From assembly GCA_030611085.1 (NCBI GenBank), contig JAUWQI010000001.1, forward strand, positions 32,390 through 96,389: 64,000 nt of DNA. Direction: 5' to 3'. A program made the position numbers and the translations under genes. The notes beneath the pieces were generated by a model, which saw only the letters and a program-made list of their open reading frames with translations, made no database searches and was not told the DNA's origin. The DNA is from Dehalococcoidia bacterium. Its GTDB lineage: Bacteria; Chloroflexota; Dehalococcoidia; GIF9; AB-539-J10. Every line of letters begins with the position of its first letter. Position 1 is the first letter of the stretch. Below are positions 46,381-56,030 of this stretch, piece by piece.

Positions 46381-47112
46381 ATGGAAGTTAAGAGCCAAGA
46401 GGGTCATAGGGGGAGGTTACGAGAGAAATTCAACCAATCGGGACTTTCAGCGTTCCTCGACTATGAAATTGTGGAACTGCTGTTAGCCCTAGGGACAGCT
46501 CGTAGGGATTGTAAACCACAAGCAAAGGAAGCAATAGAGAGGTTCAAAACCTTAAGAGGGGTTTTACAGGCTTCTCCCGAGGAACTGCAGGAAATCGAGG
46601 GGATTAGTCCTTATAATACTTTTGTAATCAAGCTCGTGCAGGAGATATCCAGAGAATTCCTCAAGGAGCAGATTCTTAATAAACCCTATTATAAATCTTC
46701 CAAAGAGGTCTTTGCCTATCTAGATCACTCTATGCGAGGTCTTAAAAAAGAGACCTTCAAAGTTATGTTCCTAAATGCCCAAAATCAAATTATCAAGGTG
46801 GAGGACCTCTTTGAAGGAACATTAAATGCCAGCGCTGTCTATCCCCGGGAAGTTATTGAAAAGGCTATCAAGCATAGTGCCGTTGCCCTAATTTTCGCCC
46901 ACAACCACCCTTCAGGGAACCCCGAGCCTAGCGACAATGATAAACAAATAACCAGGGAGTTAGTCTTCGCTGCTAACATTATGCAAATGAAAGTCTTAGA
47001 CCATATCATCATAGGAGGTAACAGCTATTTTAGTTTTGCCGATGAAGGGCTAATTGAGGAATATAACCTGAGCTTCTTAAGCCTTAGTATTAGTAGGGGA
47101 AGAAACGTTTAA
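46381..47112 (+). CDS. radC: RadC/UPF0758 JAB-domain protein
   Basis: GHRGRLR, VYPREV, HNHPSG..PS..D, LDHIII. Confidence 0.93.
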   Translation: MEVKSQEGHRGRLREKFNQSGLSAFLDYEIVELLLALGTARRDCKPQAKEAIERFKTLRGVLQASPEELQEIEGISPYNTFVIKLVQEISREFLKEQILNKPYYKSSKEVFAYLDHSMRGLKKETFKVMFLNAQNQIIKVEDLFEGTLNASAVYPREVIEKAIKHSAVALIFAHNHPSGNPEPSDNDKQITRELVFAANIMQMKVLDHIIIGGNSYFSFADEGLIEEYNLSFLSLSISRGRNV

Positions 47113-47266
47113 ACCATACTTTGGGATAGCATGCAAAGTTATTATGGACTTCTTCTTCAAAAAGGACTGAGGGCTACGGGTACCCCTAGTGTGTGCTGGA
47201 TATGGGCAGATAGTTTTGATTTTTCCTTCTATTTGCTTTATACTTTTTAGTTAGCACCGAGGGAAC

Positions 47267-48151
47267 ATGCTAGAAAAGGGCAATTGGAAAGTTAAAACTG
47301 GGTTGGCTCAGATGCTGAAGGGAGGGGTAATTATGGATGTAGTCACCCCGGAGCAAGCCAAAATTGCTGAGGATGCTGGTGCTTGTGCCGTCATGGCGTT
47401 GGAGCGGGTGCCCGCGGATATTCGTGCCTCTGGTGGAGTAGCTCGCATGGCTGACCCCAGCATAATTTCAGCTATAATGGAGACAGTAAGCATACCAGTA
47501 ATGGCAAAATGTCGCATTGGGCACTTCGTTGAAGCTCGGGTGTTGGAGGCATTGGGCGTTGATTTCATTGATGAATCTGAGGTACTCACTCCCGCCGATG
47601 AGAGCCATCATGTTTGGAAACACGATTTCAAGGTTCCTTTTGTCTGTGGCTGCCGTGACTTAGGCGAGGCGTTGCGTCGCATTGCTGAAGGAGCAGCTAT
47701 GATTCGAACTAAAGGAGAGGCGGGGACAGGCAATATTGTTGAGGCTGTGCGGCATATGCGGGCAGTTCAGGATGGAATTCGCAGGCTTCAAGCTTTGCCT
47801 GAGGAGGAGTTGGTAGCTGAGGCAAAGGCCATGGGTGCCTCTCTGGAGTTAGTGATGGAAGTACACAATACGGGAAAGCTACCAGTGGTAAATTTTGCTG
47901 CTGGCGGCATAGCTACGCCCACCGATGCCGCTTTAATGATGCAATTGGGGGCTGAAGGTGTATTCGTTGGCTCGGGGATTTTCAAATCCAGTGACCCTGC
48001 GCCCAGGGCACAAGCTATCGTTAAAGCCACCACCCACTATCAAGACCCAGCTATTATCGCCGAGGTATCCAAGGGCTTAGGAATTGCCATGCCTAGCCTA
48101 GATATAAAACAAATCCCAACTGAGGAATTGTTAGCCACTAGAGGGTGGTAG
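47267..48151 (+). CDS. pdxS: Pyridoxal 5'-phosphate synthase lyase subunit
   Basis: [36 protein letters not shown]. Confidence 0.97.
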   Translation: MLEKGNWKVKTGLAQMLKGGVIMDVVTPEQAKIAEDAGACAVMALERVPADIRASGGVARMADPSIISAIMETVSIPVMAKCRIGHFVEARVLEALGVDFIDESEVLTPADESHHVWKHDFKVPFVCGCRDLGEALRRIAEGAAMIRTKGEAGTGNIVEAVRHMRAVQDGIRRLQALPEEELVAEAKAMGASLELVMEVHNTGKLPVVNFAAGGIATPTDAALMMQLGAEGVFVGSGIFKSSDPAPRAQAIVKATTHYQDPAIIAEVSKGLGIAMPSLDIKQIPTEELLATRGW

Positions 48152-48187
48152 GGTGGAAATAAGCATCTTAGTAGCCCTACAATAAGG

Positions 48188-49555
48188 ATGCGAAAGGTAA
48201 TTACTGACGATTTAAACGCGTTACTTGATATTTTGCCCTCACATATCCGAGAGCCACTTTACCAACAGTCTGACCGCAGTGAATTATTAGAGGTAATCTT
48301 AGATTTAGGGCGTCTTCCCGGAGCTCGCTTCCCCCATCGCGAGCTAGTCCTCAACTCTGGAGAGGTAAGCCAAGCTGATATTGATTATGTGGTATCCCGT
48401 GTTGGCGACTTCACTGGTGATAACCGTGCTGGGATTGAACGCACCCTCCATCGTATTTCAGCCATACGCAGCAGAAACGGATATATAATTGGTTTAACCT
48501 GCCGTGTAGGCAGGGCTGTATTCGGCACTGTAAGGATGATTCAAGACCTCATTGAATCCGGCAAGAATGTTTTGCTTTTGGGGCGACCGGGAGTAGGCAA
48601 AACAACTATGCTACGGGAAGTGGCCCGAGTGCTAGCTGATGACTGCAAAAGACGTGTTATTGTCATTGATACCTCCAATGAAATTGCTGGTGATGGCGAT
48701 ATTCCCCATCCTGCCATTGGTCATGCACGGCGAATGCAGGTAGCTACTCCAGCTAGACAGCATGCGGTAATGATTGAAGCGGTAGAAAATCACACGCCTG
48801 AGGTCATTATCATTGATGAAATAGGCACCGAACTGGAAGCCCAAGCAGCTCGGACTATCGCTGAGCGTGGGGTGCAACTGGTAGGTACAGCACATGGGAA
48901 TACATTAGATAACCTGATAATGAACCCTACCCTAGCTGACCTTATCGGTGGTATCCAAACAGTTACCTTAGGTGATGAAGAGGCAAGGCGACGCCACACA
49001 CAAAAATCCATTCTGGAGCGGAAGGCACCGCCTACCTTTGATGTGATTGTGGAAATCATGGATTATTACAAAGTAGCTATCCACCCTGATGTGATTGATG
49101 CTGTAGATGCTACTTTGCACGGGCGACCCACTCAAACGGAAATCCGATGGATGGATGAAAATGGTGAGGTGAAAAAGGAAGAGATGATGCTACCCTCTAT
49201 GGTAGAAAACAATCAGAAGCTTATCCCCAGTGAAGCTAAAGAACCGGGAAAGCCATTACGGTTTTACCTCTTCGGTACTAATCGCTCTCGGTTGGAGCAA
49301 GTTGCCAGAGAAAAACAGAAAAACTTAAAAATCATAGCCGATCTTAAACAAGCTGACCTTTTCCTTACTACACGAAGTTATTACCGCCGTAAGCCACAAA
49401 AAATAAGGGATGCTGAAGCACTGGGTATACCAATCTATGCCCTTAAGAGCAATGACGCCGCTCAAATGCGGCAATGTCTGGACACTATTTATTCTGTTGA
49501 CACTTCTGCTTATACTCACCATCTACAACATTTCCTAGCCGAGCATCATGGTTGA
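48188..49555 (+). CDS. Ycf45/SpoIIIAA-like AAA ATPase; no R3H domain recognised
   Basis: TLHRISAIR, GRPGVGKTT, DTSNEIAGDG, IIDEIG, TAHG. Confidence 0.88.
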   Translation: MRKVITDDLNALLDILPSHIREPLYQQSDRSELLEVILDLGRLPGARFPHRELVLNSGEVSQADIDYVVSRVGDFTGDNRAGIERTLHRISAIRSRNGYIIGLTCRVGRAVFGTVRMIQDLIESGKNVLLLGRPGVGKTTMLREVARVLADDCKRRVIVIDTSNEIAGDGDIPHPAIGHARRMQVATPARQHAVMIEAVENHTPEVIIIDEIGTELEAQAARTIAERGVQLVGTAHGNTLDNLIMNPTLADLIGGIQTVTLGDEEARRRHTQKSILERKAPPTFDVIVEIMDYYKVAIHPDVIDAVDATLHGRPTQTEIRWMDENGEVKKEEMMLPSMVENNQKLIPSEAKEPGKPLRFYLFGTNRSRLEQVAREKQKNLKIIADLKQADLFLTTRSYYRRKPQKIRDAEALGIPIYALKSNDAAQMRQCLDTIYSVDTSAYTHHLQHFLAEHHG

Positions 49556-50187
49556 GGCGAATTTTGAGCTTATTTATTACATTTGAAGGTGGTGAAGGCT
49601 GCGGCAAGAGCACACAAGCCAAGGCTCTATATAGGAAGTTATGTCAGCAGGGTATCCCTGTGGTATTAACTCATGAGCCTGGTGGCACTACTCTAGGTAA
49701 CGAGATAAGGAAATTGCTTAAGAGAAAACAAGAGAGCTCCATTTCACCTCAAGCTGAACTGCTCCTCTTCGCCGCTTCTCGTGTCCAGTTGGTAGCCGAG
49801 GTAATTTGCCCCGCTTTGGAAGAAGGTAAAGTAGTCATCTGTGATCGTTTCGCTCACTCTACCCTTGTTTATCAAGGCTATGGGCGAGGGCTTGATTTAA
49901 CTACTGTAGAGATGGTTAACAATCTAGCCGTGCAGAATCTCAATCCAGATACCGTTATTTTCCTAGACATATCCCCTGAGCAAGGGTTAGCACGAAAGCG
50001 AGCTCCGAAAGACCGCTTTGAGTTAGAGGATTTATCGTTCCACCGCCGAGTAAGAGAAGGGTATCTTAAAGCAGCGGTGGCTGACCCCAACCGCTGGCTG
50101 GTGATAGATGCTACACTACCGAAAAGGGAAATCGCCAAAATTGTCTGGGGGGAAATAAGCCAGCTGTTATCTAACTTGGCATTGTAA
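49552..50187 (+). CDS. tmk: Thymidylate kinase
   Basis: FEGGEGCGKST, EPGGT, CDRF..ST..YQGYGRG. Confidence 0.96.
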   Translation: MRRILSLFITFEGGEGCGKSTQAKALYRKLCQQGIPVVLTHEPGGTTLGNEIRKLLKRKQESSISPQAELLLFAASRVQLVAEVICPALEEGKVVICDRFAHSTLVYQGYGRGLDLTTVEMVNNLAVQNLNPDTVIFLDISPEQGLARKRAPKDRFELEDLSFHRRVREGYLKAAVADPNRWLVIDATLPKREIAKIVWGEISQLLSNLAL

Positions 50188-50200
50188 ACTTTTTCCCTGT

Positions 50201-50250
50201 TGTCATTGTGCGACCTTCGCTTATTGTCATTCTGAGCGAAGCGAAGAATC
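50201..50250. repeat. Family-A element directly upstream of mnmA
   Basis: TGTCATTCTGAGCGAAGCGAAGAATCT. Confidence 0.85.
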
Positions 50251-50257
50251 TGAAGAT

Positions 50258-51391
50258 ATGACTAAAAAGCGAGTAGCTGTAGCACTAAGTGGCGGTGTGG
50301 ATTCCTCCGTGGCAGCTTTACTGCTTAAAGAGGCTGGATATGAAGTTATGGGTCTGCATGCCCGTTTGTGGGAATCTCCAAGTTCAGAGCAACAGAGACA
50401 GCAAGCTGAAAGTATCTGCCGTATTTTAAACATCCCCTTTCACATGATAGAGTTACAAAAGGAATTTAACCTCCAAGTAGTTGATTACTTTTGCCAGGAG
50501 TACCAACAGGGGCGGACTCCTAATCCTTGCGTTGCCTGTAATCAGCATGTAAAGTTTGGCCTACTCCTCGATAAAGCCCTTTCCCTGGGTGCTGACTGTT
50601 TAGCCACGGGGCATTATGCCCAAATTGAGCATTCTGTCAATGGCTATCACTTGCTTAAAGGGGCAGATGCGAGCAAGGACCAATCTTACTTTCTTTATAC
50701 CTTAAATCAGGAGAAACTCAGATATGTTCTTTTCCCTTTAGGTGGATATACCAAAGTTGAGGTTAAGCAGATAGCAGTAGGGTCGGGGCTTGTCCCCGAC
50801 CGCGGGTTGCCTGTGACAGCTAAGCCTAGCCAGGATATCTGCTTCATCTCTCAGAAGAATTACCATGCTTTTATCAGCCAACGTTTTACCAACATGCCAG
50901 GAGATATCATAGATACTCAAGGGAAAATACTAGGTCGCCATCAAGGAATAGCCTATTACACTATTGGGCAAAGACATGGTTTAGGATTGTCGTCAGGTAA
51001 GCCTCTTTATGTCATAAAGATAGAGCCAGGGCTTAACAGAATTGTGCTTGGCGAAGAAAAGGAACTTTACAGTCAGAAAATTACCGCTCGAAAGTTGAGA
51101 TGGGTACCAGGTGAACTACCTTCTGAGCCTATCGCTATTACAGCTAGGATACGCTATAAATCGAGAGAGGCGGAAGCTATACTATACCCACCCTGTTATT
51201 GCGAGCAAGGCGAAGCAATCTCTGATATTTGCTTTTCTCAGCCGCAGCGAGCAAGCACTCCAGGACAAGCCATCGTGTTTTATAAAGGTGATGAAGTGCT
51301 GGGTGGCGGCACCATAGAAAATAAAAGATTAAAATGCAAAAGGCAAAAATGCAGGGCAAAGGTAAAAACATTTTTAAGTTTTGACTTTTAA
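50258..51391 (+). CDS. mnmA: tRNA 2-thiouridylase
   Basis: SGGVDSSVAA, TPNPCVACN, ATGHYA, KDQSYFL, SQDICF, TIGQR, PGQ; two in-frame repeat insertions and a repeat-derived tail. Confidence 0.96.
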   Translation: MTKKRVAVALSGGVDSSVAALLLKEAGYEVMGLHARLWESPSSEQQRQQAESICRILNIPFHMIELQKEFNLQVVDYFCQEYQQGRTPNPCVACNQHVKFGLLLDKALSLGADCLATGHYAQIEHSVNGYHLLKGADASKDQSYFLYTLNQEKLRYVLFPLGGYTKVEVKQIAVGSGLVPDRGLPVTAKPSQDICFISQKNYHAFISQRFTNMPGDIIDTQGKILGRHQGIAYYTIGQRHGLGLSSGKPLYVIKIEPGLNRIVLGEEKELYSQKITARKLRWVPGELPSEPIAITARIRYKSREAEAILYPPCYCEQGEAISDICFSQPQRASTPGQAIVFYKGDEVLGGGTIENKRLKCKRQKCRAKVKTFLSFDF

Positions 51392-52040
51392 CTTTCGCAG
51401 GAATATGTCGCAGCCACCAAGCCTTGACGAGGAAAACAAGCTTAAGTCCCAGGGTTATGAGCTTATTGCTGGCATTGATGAGGTCGGACGAGGTGCTCTT
51501 GCCGGCCCCGTAGTTGCCGCTGCTATTATTCTGCCTCAGTTCACTTCTCTGCCCTGGTTTAAGCTGGTTCGGGATAGTAAGGAGTTAAGCCCTAAGAAGC
51601 GTGAATCCCTTTTCGGTTTGATTAGCAGTGATGCCTTAGCTGTGGGCATTGGCAGTGTTTCGCCACAAGCGATTGATTCTATAAATATCTTCGAGGCAAC
51701 TAGACTAGCAATGATGCAGGCTGTAGAAAAGCTGCCTCAGCAGCCGAGTTTTCTCCTCATTGATAGGCTAACCTTGCCGCGATGCCCTATCCCTCAAATG
51801 GGGATAACTAAAGGTGATAAACTATGCCTCTCTATTGCCTGTGCTTCTATTATAGCCAAGGTCACCAGAGACCATCTCATGGAGGAGATTGATGGAACTT
51901 ACCCTGGTTATGGCTTTGCCAAGCATAAAGGTTATGGAACAAGAGAACATATTTCCCGTTTACAACAACTAGGTTCCTCACCAGTTCACCGCTTATCTTT
52001 TGCTCCCATTAAGAAAAAAGCACTAAATACTAATATCTAA
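51381..52040 (+). CDS. rnhB: Ribonuclease HII
   Basis: GIDEVGRG.LAGPV, DSK, ASIIAKVTRD, HKGYGT; start probably ATG 51405. Confidence 0.96.
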   Translation: MTFNFRRNMSQPPSLDEENKLKSQGYELIAGIDEVGRGALAGPVVAAAIILPQFTSLPWFKLVRDSKELSPKKRESLFGLISSDALAVGIGSVSPQAIDSINIFEATRLAMMQAVEKLPQQPSFLLIDRLTLPRCPIPQMGITKGDKLCLSIACASIIAKVTRDHLMEEIDGTYPGYGFAKHKGYGTREHISRLQQLGSSPVHRLSFAPIKKKALNTNI

Positions 52041-52099
52041 ATCCTAAGAAATTAGGAATTTGGATTTGTTTAGAGTTTAGGAATTCGAATTTAGGATTT
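52020..52099. repeat. Family-C heptamer hairpin element; supplies the rnhB C-terminus
   Basis: TAAATAC TAATATC TAAATCC arm facing GAGTTTA GGAATTC GAATTTA GGATTT arm. Confidence 0.8.
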
Positions 52100-52108
52100 A
52101 CTTAGAGG

Positions 52109-52480
52109 ATGAATCGCCAAGAAGTCGGTAAATTGGGAGAGAAATTAGCCCAGAAATTTCTTAAAAAGAGGGGCTATCATATTCTTGAGACGAATTTTCG
52201 CTGCCGCGAAGGGGAAATTGATATCGTTGCTCGACAAAAAGATTACCTTGTCTTTATAGAAGTTCGCACTAAAAGCAATCTAGCCTTTGGCACTCCAGAG
52301 GAATCAATAACTGGAGCTAAAAAGGGGAGATTGGTTGCTTCAGCCTTCGCTTACATTAGCATTCACCAAAATCTGCCCTCTTTATGGCGTATAGATGTTG
52401 TAGCCATAGAAGTTGATGATAAGGGTAAGACCAAACGCATTGAACTTATTGAGAACGCTATTGAGCAGCCGCGTTATTAA
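52109..52480 (+). CDS. YraN/UPF0102 family nuclease-like protein
   Basis: GKLGE, GEIDIVA, FIEVRTK, RIDVVAI. Confidence 0.92.
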   Translation: MNRQEVGKLGEKLAQKFLKKRGYHILETNFRCREGEIDIVARQKDYLVFIEVRTKSNLAFGTPEESITGAKKGRLVASAFAYISIHQNLPSLWRIDVVAIEVDDKGKTKRIELIENAIEQPRY

Positions 52481-52572
52481 AAGTAAAATACGCTGTGCTG
52501 AGAAAGAACTGAAATTCTAATTGGATATTATGAGGATAATAGTGTAAATTAAATTAACGATAAAAGGGAGGA

Positions 52573-54510
52573 GTGAATATGAACCAATTGGGAAACCTGT
52601 TTAAGCCTATCAAGATAGGGAAGGTAGAGCTTAAGAATAGAATTGTAATGCTAGCGCTAACTACAGGATATAGTGAATCCGATAATACTATTGGCGACCG
52701 CTTTATTAACTTTTATACTGAAAGAGCCAAAGGTGGTGCTGGGCTTATTATTGTGCCCTTCACTCCCGTTGATATTGCGTCTCCTGCGCAACCCGGCTTA
52801 TACCATGATCACTTTCTCCACGGTGCACGCAAGTTAGTCGATGCGGTTCACGCTCAGGGGGCAAGAATAGCTGTTCAGTTGATCACCCAGTATCACTGGG
52901 TAACCAGTGAAGGTAGCTCGGCTGAGGTGATAGGCCCTTCACCAGTATTCAATCAGATAATGCGCTGCACTCCAAAAGCTCTCACTATCGAGGAAATTCA
53001 CCGCCTTGTTGAGGAATATGGGAAAGCAGCTTTGAGGGCACGAGAAGCTGGGTTCGATGCTATAGAGATAGCTATAGTAGGAGGATATCTGTTAAACCGC
53101 TTTTTGTCTCCGTATAGCAACAAGCGCCAGGATAAGTATGGTGGGAGTTTGGAAAACAGGATGCGTCTTCCTTTAGAAATCATTGAAACTATAAAGCAAA
53201 CCACAGGCGAAGATTATCCCATTATTTGTCGTCTCAATGTAGAAGAGTTTATGGAAGATGGACATACTATTAGAGATTCTAAGAAGGTGGCTCCTGTGCT
53301 TGAAGCATCTGGCATTGAAGCAATAAATCTTTATGTAGGCTGGCATGAATGCTCGGTGCCTACCGTACAGATGTCAGTGCCTAGAGGGGCTTTCGTTTAT
53401 TGTGCGGAGGAGATTAAAGAGGTGGTCGACATTCCTGTAATTGTTGCCAATCGTATTAATGATCCAATCCTAGCAGAGAATATCCTATCTCAAGGGAAAG
53501 CTGATCTCATAGGTATGGCTCGAGCATTGCTTGCTGACCCTGAATTTCCCAACAAAGCAAGAGAGGGAAGGATTGACGAAATTGTTCCTTGCATTGCCTG
53601 TTCGCATTGCCTTGCCGAGCTTTTGAAGACATATAAAGATTGGAAGAATCCAGTTTCTGCATTTTGTGCTGTAAATCCTAGAGCAGGAAAAGAAGCGGAA
53701 TATGCCATAAAACCCACTCCAATTTCTAAAAAAGTATTTGTTATTGGTGGTGGCCCTGGAGGTATGGAGGCAGCAATAATAGCGGCGTCAAGAGGTCATC
53801 AGGTTACTCTTTATGAAAAGGGAGATAAATTAGGAGGGCAACTTTTGATAGCTTCCTTACCCCCGTATAAGGACGAAATAAACTCTTTGGTTCGGAGCTT
53901 AATTGTGCGAACACACAAGGCTGATGTGGAAGTTAAATTGAATACTGAGGTTAACCTTGAAACTATAGAGCAAGAGAAGCCAGATGTTGTGGTTCTAGCT
54001 ACAGGAGCTACGCCGATCATACCAGATATGCTGGGAGTTCAAGGGGATAATGTAGTTACAGCAGTGGAGGTGCTAAACAAGCAAAAGGAAGTTGGCAAAA
54101 ATGTAGTTGTTATCGGCGGTGGAATGGTTGGTTGTGAAGCAGCGGAGTTTTTAGCTCAGCAAGAAAAGAAAGTAACCATTGTAGAGATGCTAGGTCGTAT
54201 AGGAAGTGATATAGTAACGACTAACAGGCCCTTCTTTCTGGCAAGGCTGAGGAAAGCCGGCGTAAGAATGGATACCAATGTTAAAGTGGAAGAAATAACT
54301 AACAATGGTGTAAGGATAAGTCGGAATGGAGTTCCTGACTTCCTTGAAGGGGACACCGCAGTGCTTGCTGTAGGTTTCAAGGCAAATAGGGAACTTGCTG
54401 AGAAGTTAAAGGAGAAGGTTGCAGCATTATACTTAGTTGGAGATTGTGCTGAACCTCGCATGATAAAAGAAGCCATAAAGGAAGGGTTTTGTGTGGGCAT
54501 GGAAATTTAG
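52573..54510 (+). CDS. Old-yellow-enzyme family FMN/FAD/4Fe-4S oxidoreductase (2,4-dienoyl-CoA reductase-like)
   Basis: ERAKGG, GYLL..FLSP..NKR.DKYGGSLENRMR, CIACSHC...CAVNP, two Rossmann motifs. Confidence 0.9.
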   Translation: MNMNQLGNLFKPIKIGKVELKNRIVMLALTTGYSESDNTIGDRFINFYTERAKGGAGLIIVPFTPVDIASPAQPGLYHDHFLHGARKLVDAVHAQGARIAVQLITQYHWVTSEGSSAEVIGPSPVFNQIMRCTPKALTIEEIHRLVEEYGKAALRAREAGFDAIEIAIVGGYLLNRFLSPYSNKRQDKYGGSLENRMRLPLEIIETIKQTTGEDYPIICRLNVEEFMEDGHTIRDSKKVAPVLEASGIEAINLYVGWHECSVPTVQMSVPRGAFVYCAEEIKEVVDIPVIVANRINDPILAENILSQGKADLIGMARALLADPEFPNKAREGRIDEIVPCIACSHCLAELLKTYKDWKNPVSAFCAVNPRAGKEAEYAIKPTPISKKVFVIGGGPGGMEAAIIAASRGHQVTLYEKGDKLGGQLLIASLPPYKDEINSLVRSLIVRTHKADVEVKLNTEVNLETIEQEKPDVVVLATGATPIIPDMLGVQGDNVVTAVEVLNKQKEVGKNVVVIGGGMVGCEAAEFLAQQEKKVTIVEMLGRIGSDIVTTNRPFFLARLRKAGVRMDTNVKVEEITNNGVRISRNGVPDFLEGDTAVLAVGFKANRELAEKLKEKVAALYLVGDCAEPRMIKEAIKEGFCVGMEI

Positions 54511-54665
54511 CGGGAAACACTAAAACAGCCTGGAAGTCAGCAGTTTAATAGTCAGGACCTGGGACTAATGACCAGGGACTGGAGGCTTGGGGGAAGTGTT
54601 TCGTGTGATCTCTAAATCTATTGTCAAGCACATAATTCAGTGCTACCCTTTGAGATGGTATTACT

Positions 54666-56030
54666 ATGGGTAATAGGCAGCACTTATTTGGAACTAGTGG
54701 AGTCAGGGGCGTAGTTGGCCAAGATCTATCAGTGGATCTTTGCTGCCAAGTTGCCCTAGCAGTGGGTACTACCTTGCCTCAATCTTCCACAGTTTGTATC
54801 GCCACTGATACTAGAACGAGCAAAGAAGTAGTTAAAGGAGCAGTTATCTCGGGCTTGCTTTCCTGTGGTATAAATATAGTTGATTTAGGCATTTTGCCTA
54901 CCCCAGCGCTGGCACTTTTAACTCGCGAGTTGGGATTTGATACAGGGGTAATGATTACTGCCTCCCACAATCCCCCTGAGTTCAACGGAATCAAGCTTTT
55001 CACCGGGAATTCGCTGGGATATAGCCAGGCTCGGGAGGCCGAGATAGAGAAAGTTTATTTTGCCAAGAAATTCAGGCGAGGAGAGGTAGGAACTTTAGAG
55101 CAGGCGTATGATTTGAAACAAAAATATTTTTCCTTTATTAAGGATAAGTTTCCTCTGCCAAGATTCAATCGTCAGTTAAAAGTAGTTGTCGACCCTGGCA
55201 ATGGCGCTGCCTCTGGATTTGCCAGTGATATCTTTGCCCAAATGGGTCTCAGTGTAATCCCTATAAATGATGAGCCGGATGGCCTCTTCCCGGGAAGAAA
55301 TCCCGAACCTAGAGAAGATACGCTTCAGTCAACTGTAGAATTCCTAAAGCAACAGAAAGCTGACTTAGCTGTCTGTTTTGATGGCGATGCTGACCGCGTC
55401 GTTTTCTGCGATAAGGAAGGCTTCTTGGGTTTCAATGAGCCGATTGCCTTTATCTCCAGACTTGTGGCTAAGAAAACAGGAAAGAAAAGGATCGCCACTA
55501 CAGTGGAGACGGGGAAACTTCTTGACTTGGCAGTAAATGACCTCGGCGTAGAAGTAATCAGAGGCAAGGTAGGTGATGTCAACGTGGCTTACTTAGCTCA
55601 GGAGATTGATGCTGCCCTGGGGGTAGAGGGGGTAGGCGTTTATATCCTTCCCCAGGTGGGCTATTACCCGGATAGCATTTTCGCTTCACTTACTCTGTTA
55701 AGCCAGTTAAGCGATATCGGTGAAGTTAGACAATACTTCCAAGACATGCCCAAATTATTCTTTGAAAAAAGCAAGGTTCCTTGCCCCAACAAACTCAAGA
55801 GTCCAGTTATGGCTCGAGTAAAAGAAAGGGCTCGTCTTTTTACTCCCAATGAGATAAATATCCTTGATGGCTTAAGGCTTGAGTTTGATGATTCCTGGAT
55901 GCTCATAAGAGCTAGTGGCACTGAGCCTGCCGTCCGAATCATTGCTGAGTCAACATCGGAGCGACAGACCGATGAGCTTATAAGCAAGGGAGCGGAACTT
56001 GTTCAAAACCTTGTGGAGGCCCAAAAGTGA
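54666..56030 (+). CDS. glmM: Phosphoglucosamine mutase / phosphohexomutase
   Basis: LFGTSGVRG, TASHNP, DGDADR, RASGTEP; operon with glmU/glmS. Confidence 0.85.
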   Translation: MGNRQHLFGTSGVRGVVGQDLSVDLCCQVALAVGTTLPQSSTVCIATDTRTSKEVVKGAVISGLLSCGINIVDLGILPTPALALLTRELGFDTGVMITASHNPPEFNGIKLFTGNSLGYSQAREAEIEKVYFAKKFRRGEVGTLEQAYDLKQKYFSFIKDKFPLPRFNRQLKVVVDPGNGAASGFASDIFAQMGLSVIPINDEPDGLFPGRNPEPREDTLQSTVEFLKQQKADLAVCFDGDADRVVFCDKEGFLGFNEPIAFISRLVAKKTGKKRIATTVETGKLLDLAVNDLGVEVIRGKVGDVNVAYLAQEIDAALGVEGVGVYILPQVGYYPDSIFASLTLLSQLSDIGEVRQYFQDMPKLFFEKSKVPCPNKLKSPVMARVKERARLFTPNEINILDGLRLEFDDSWMLIRASGTEPAVRIIAESTSERQTDELISKGAELVQNLVEAQK

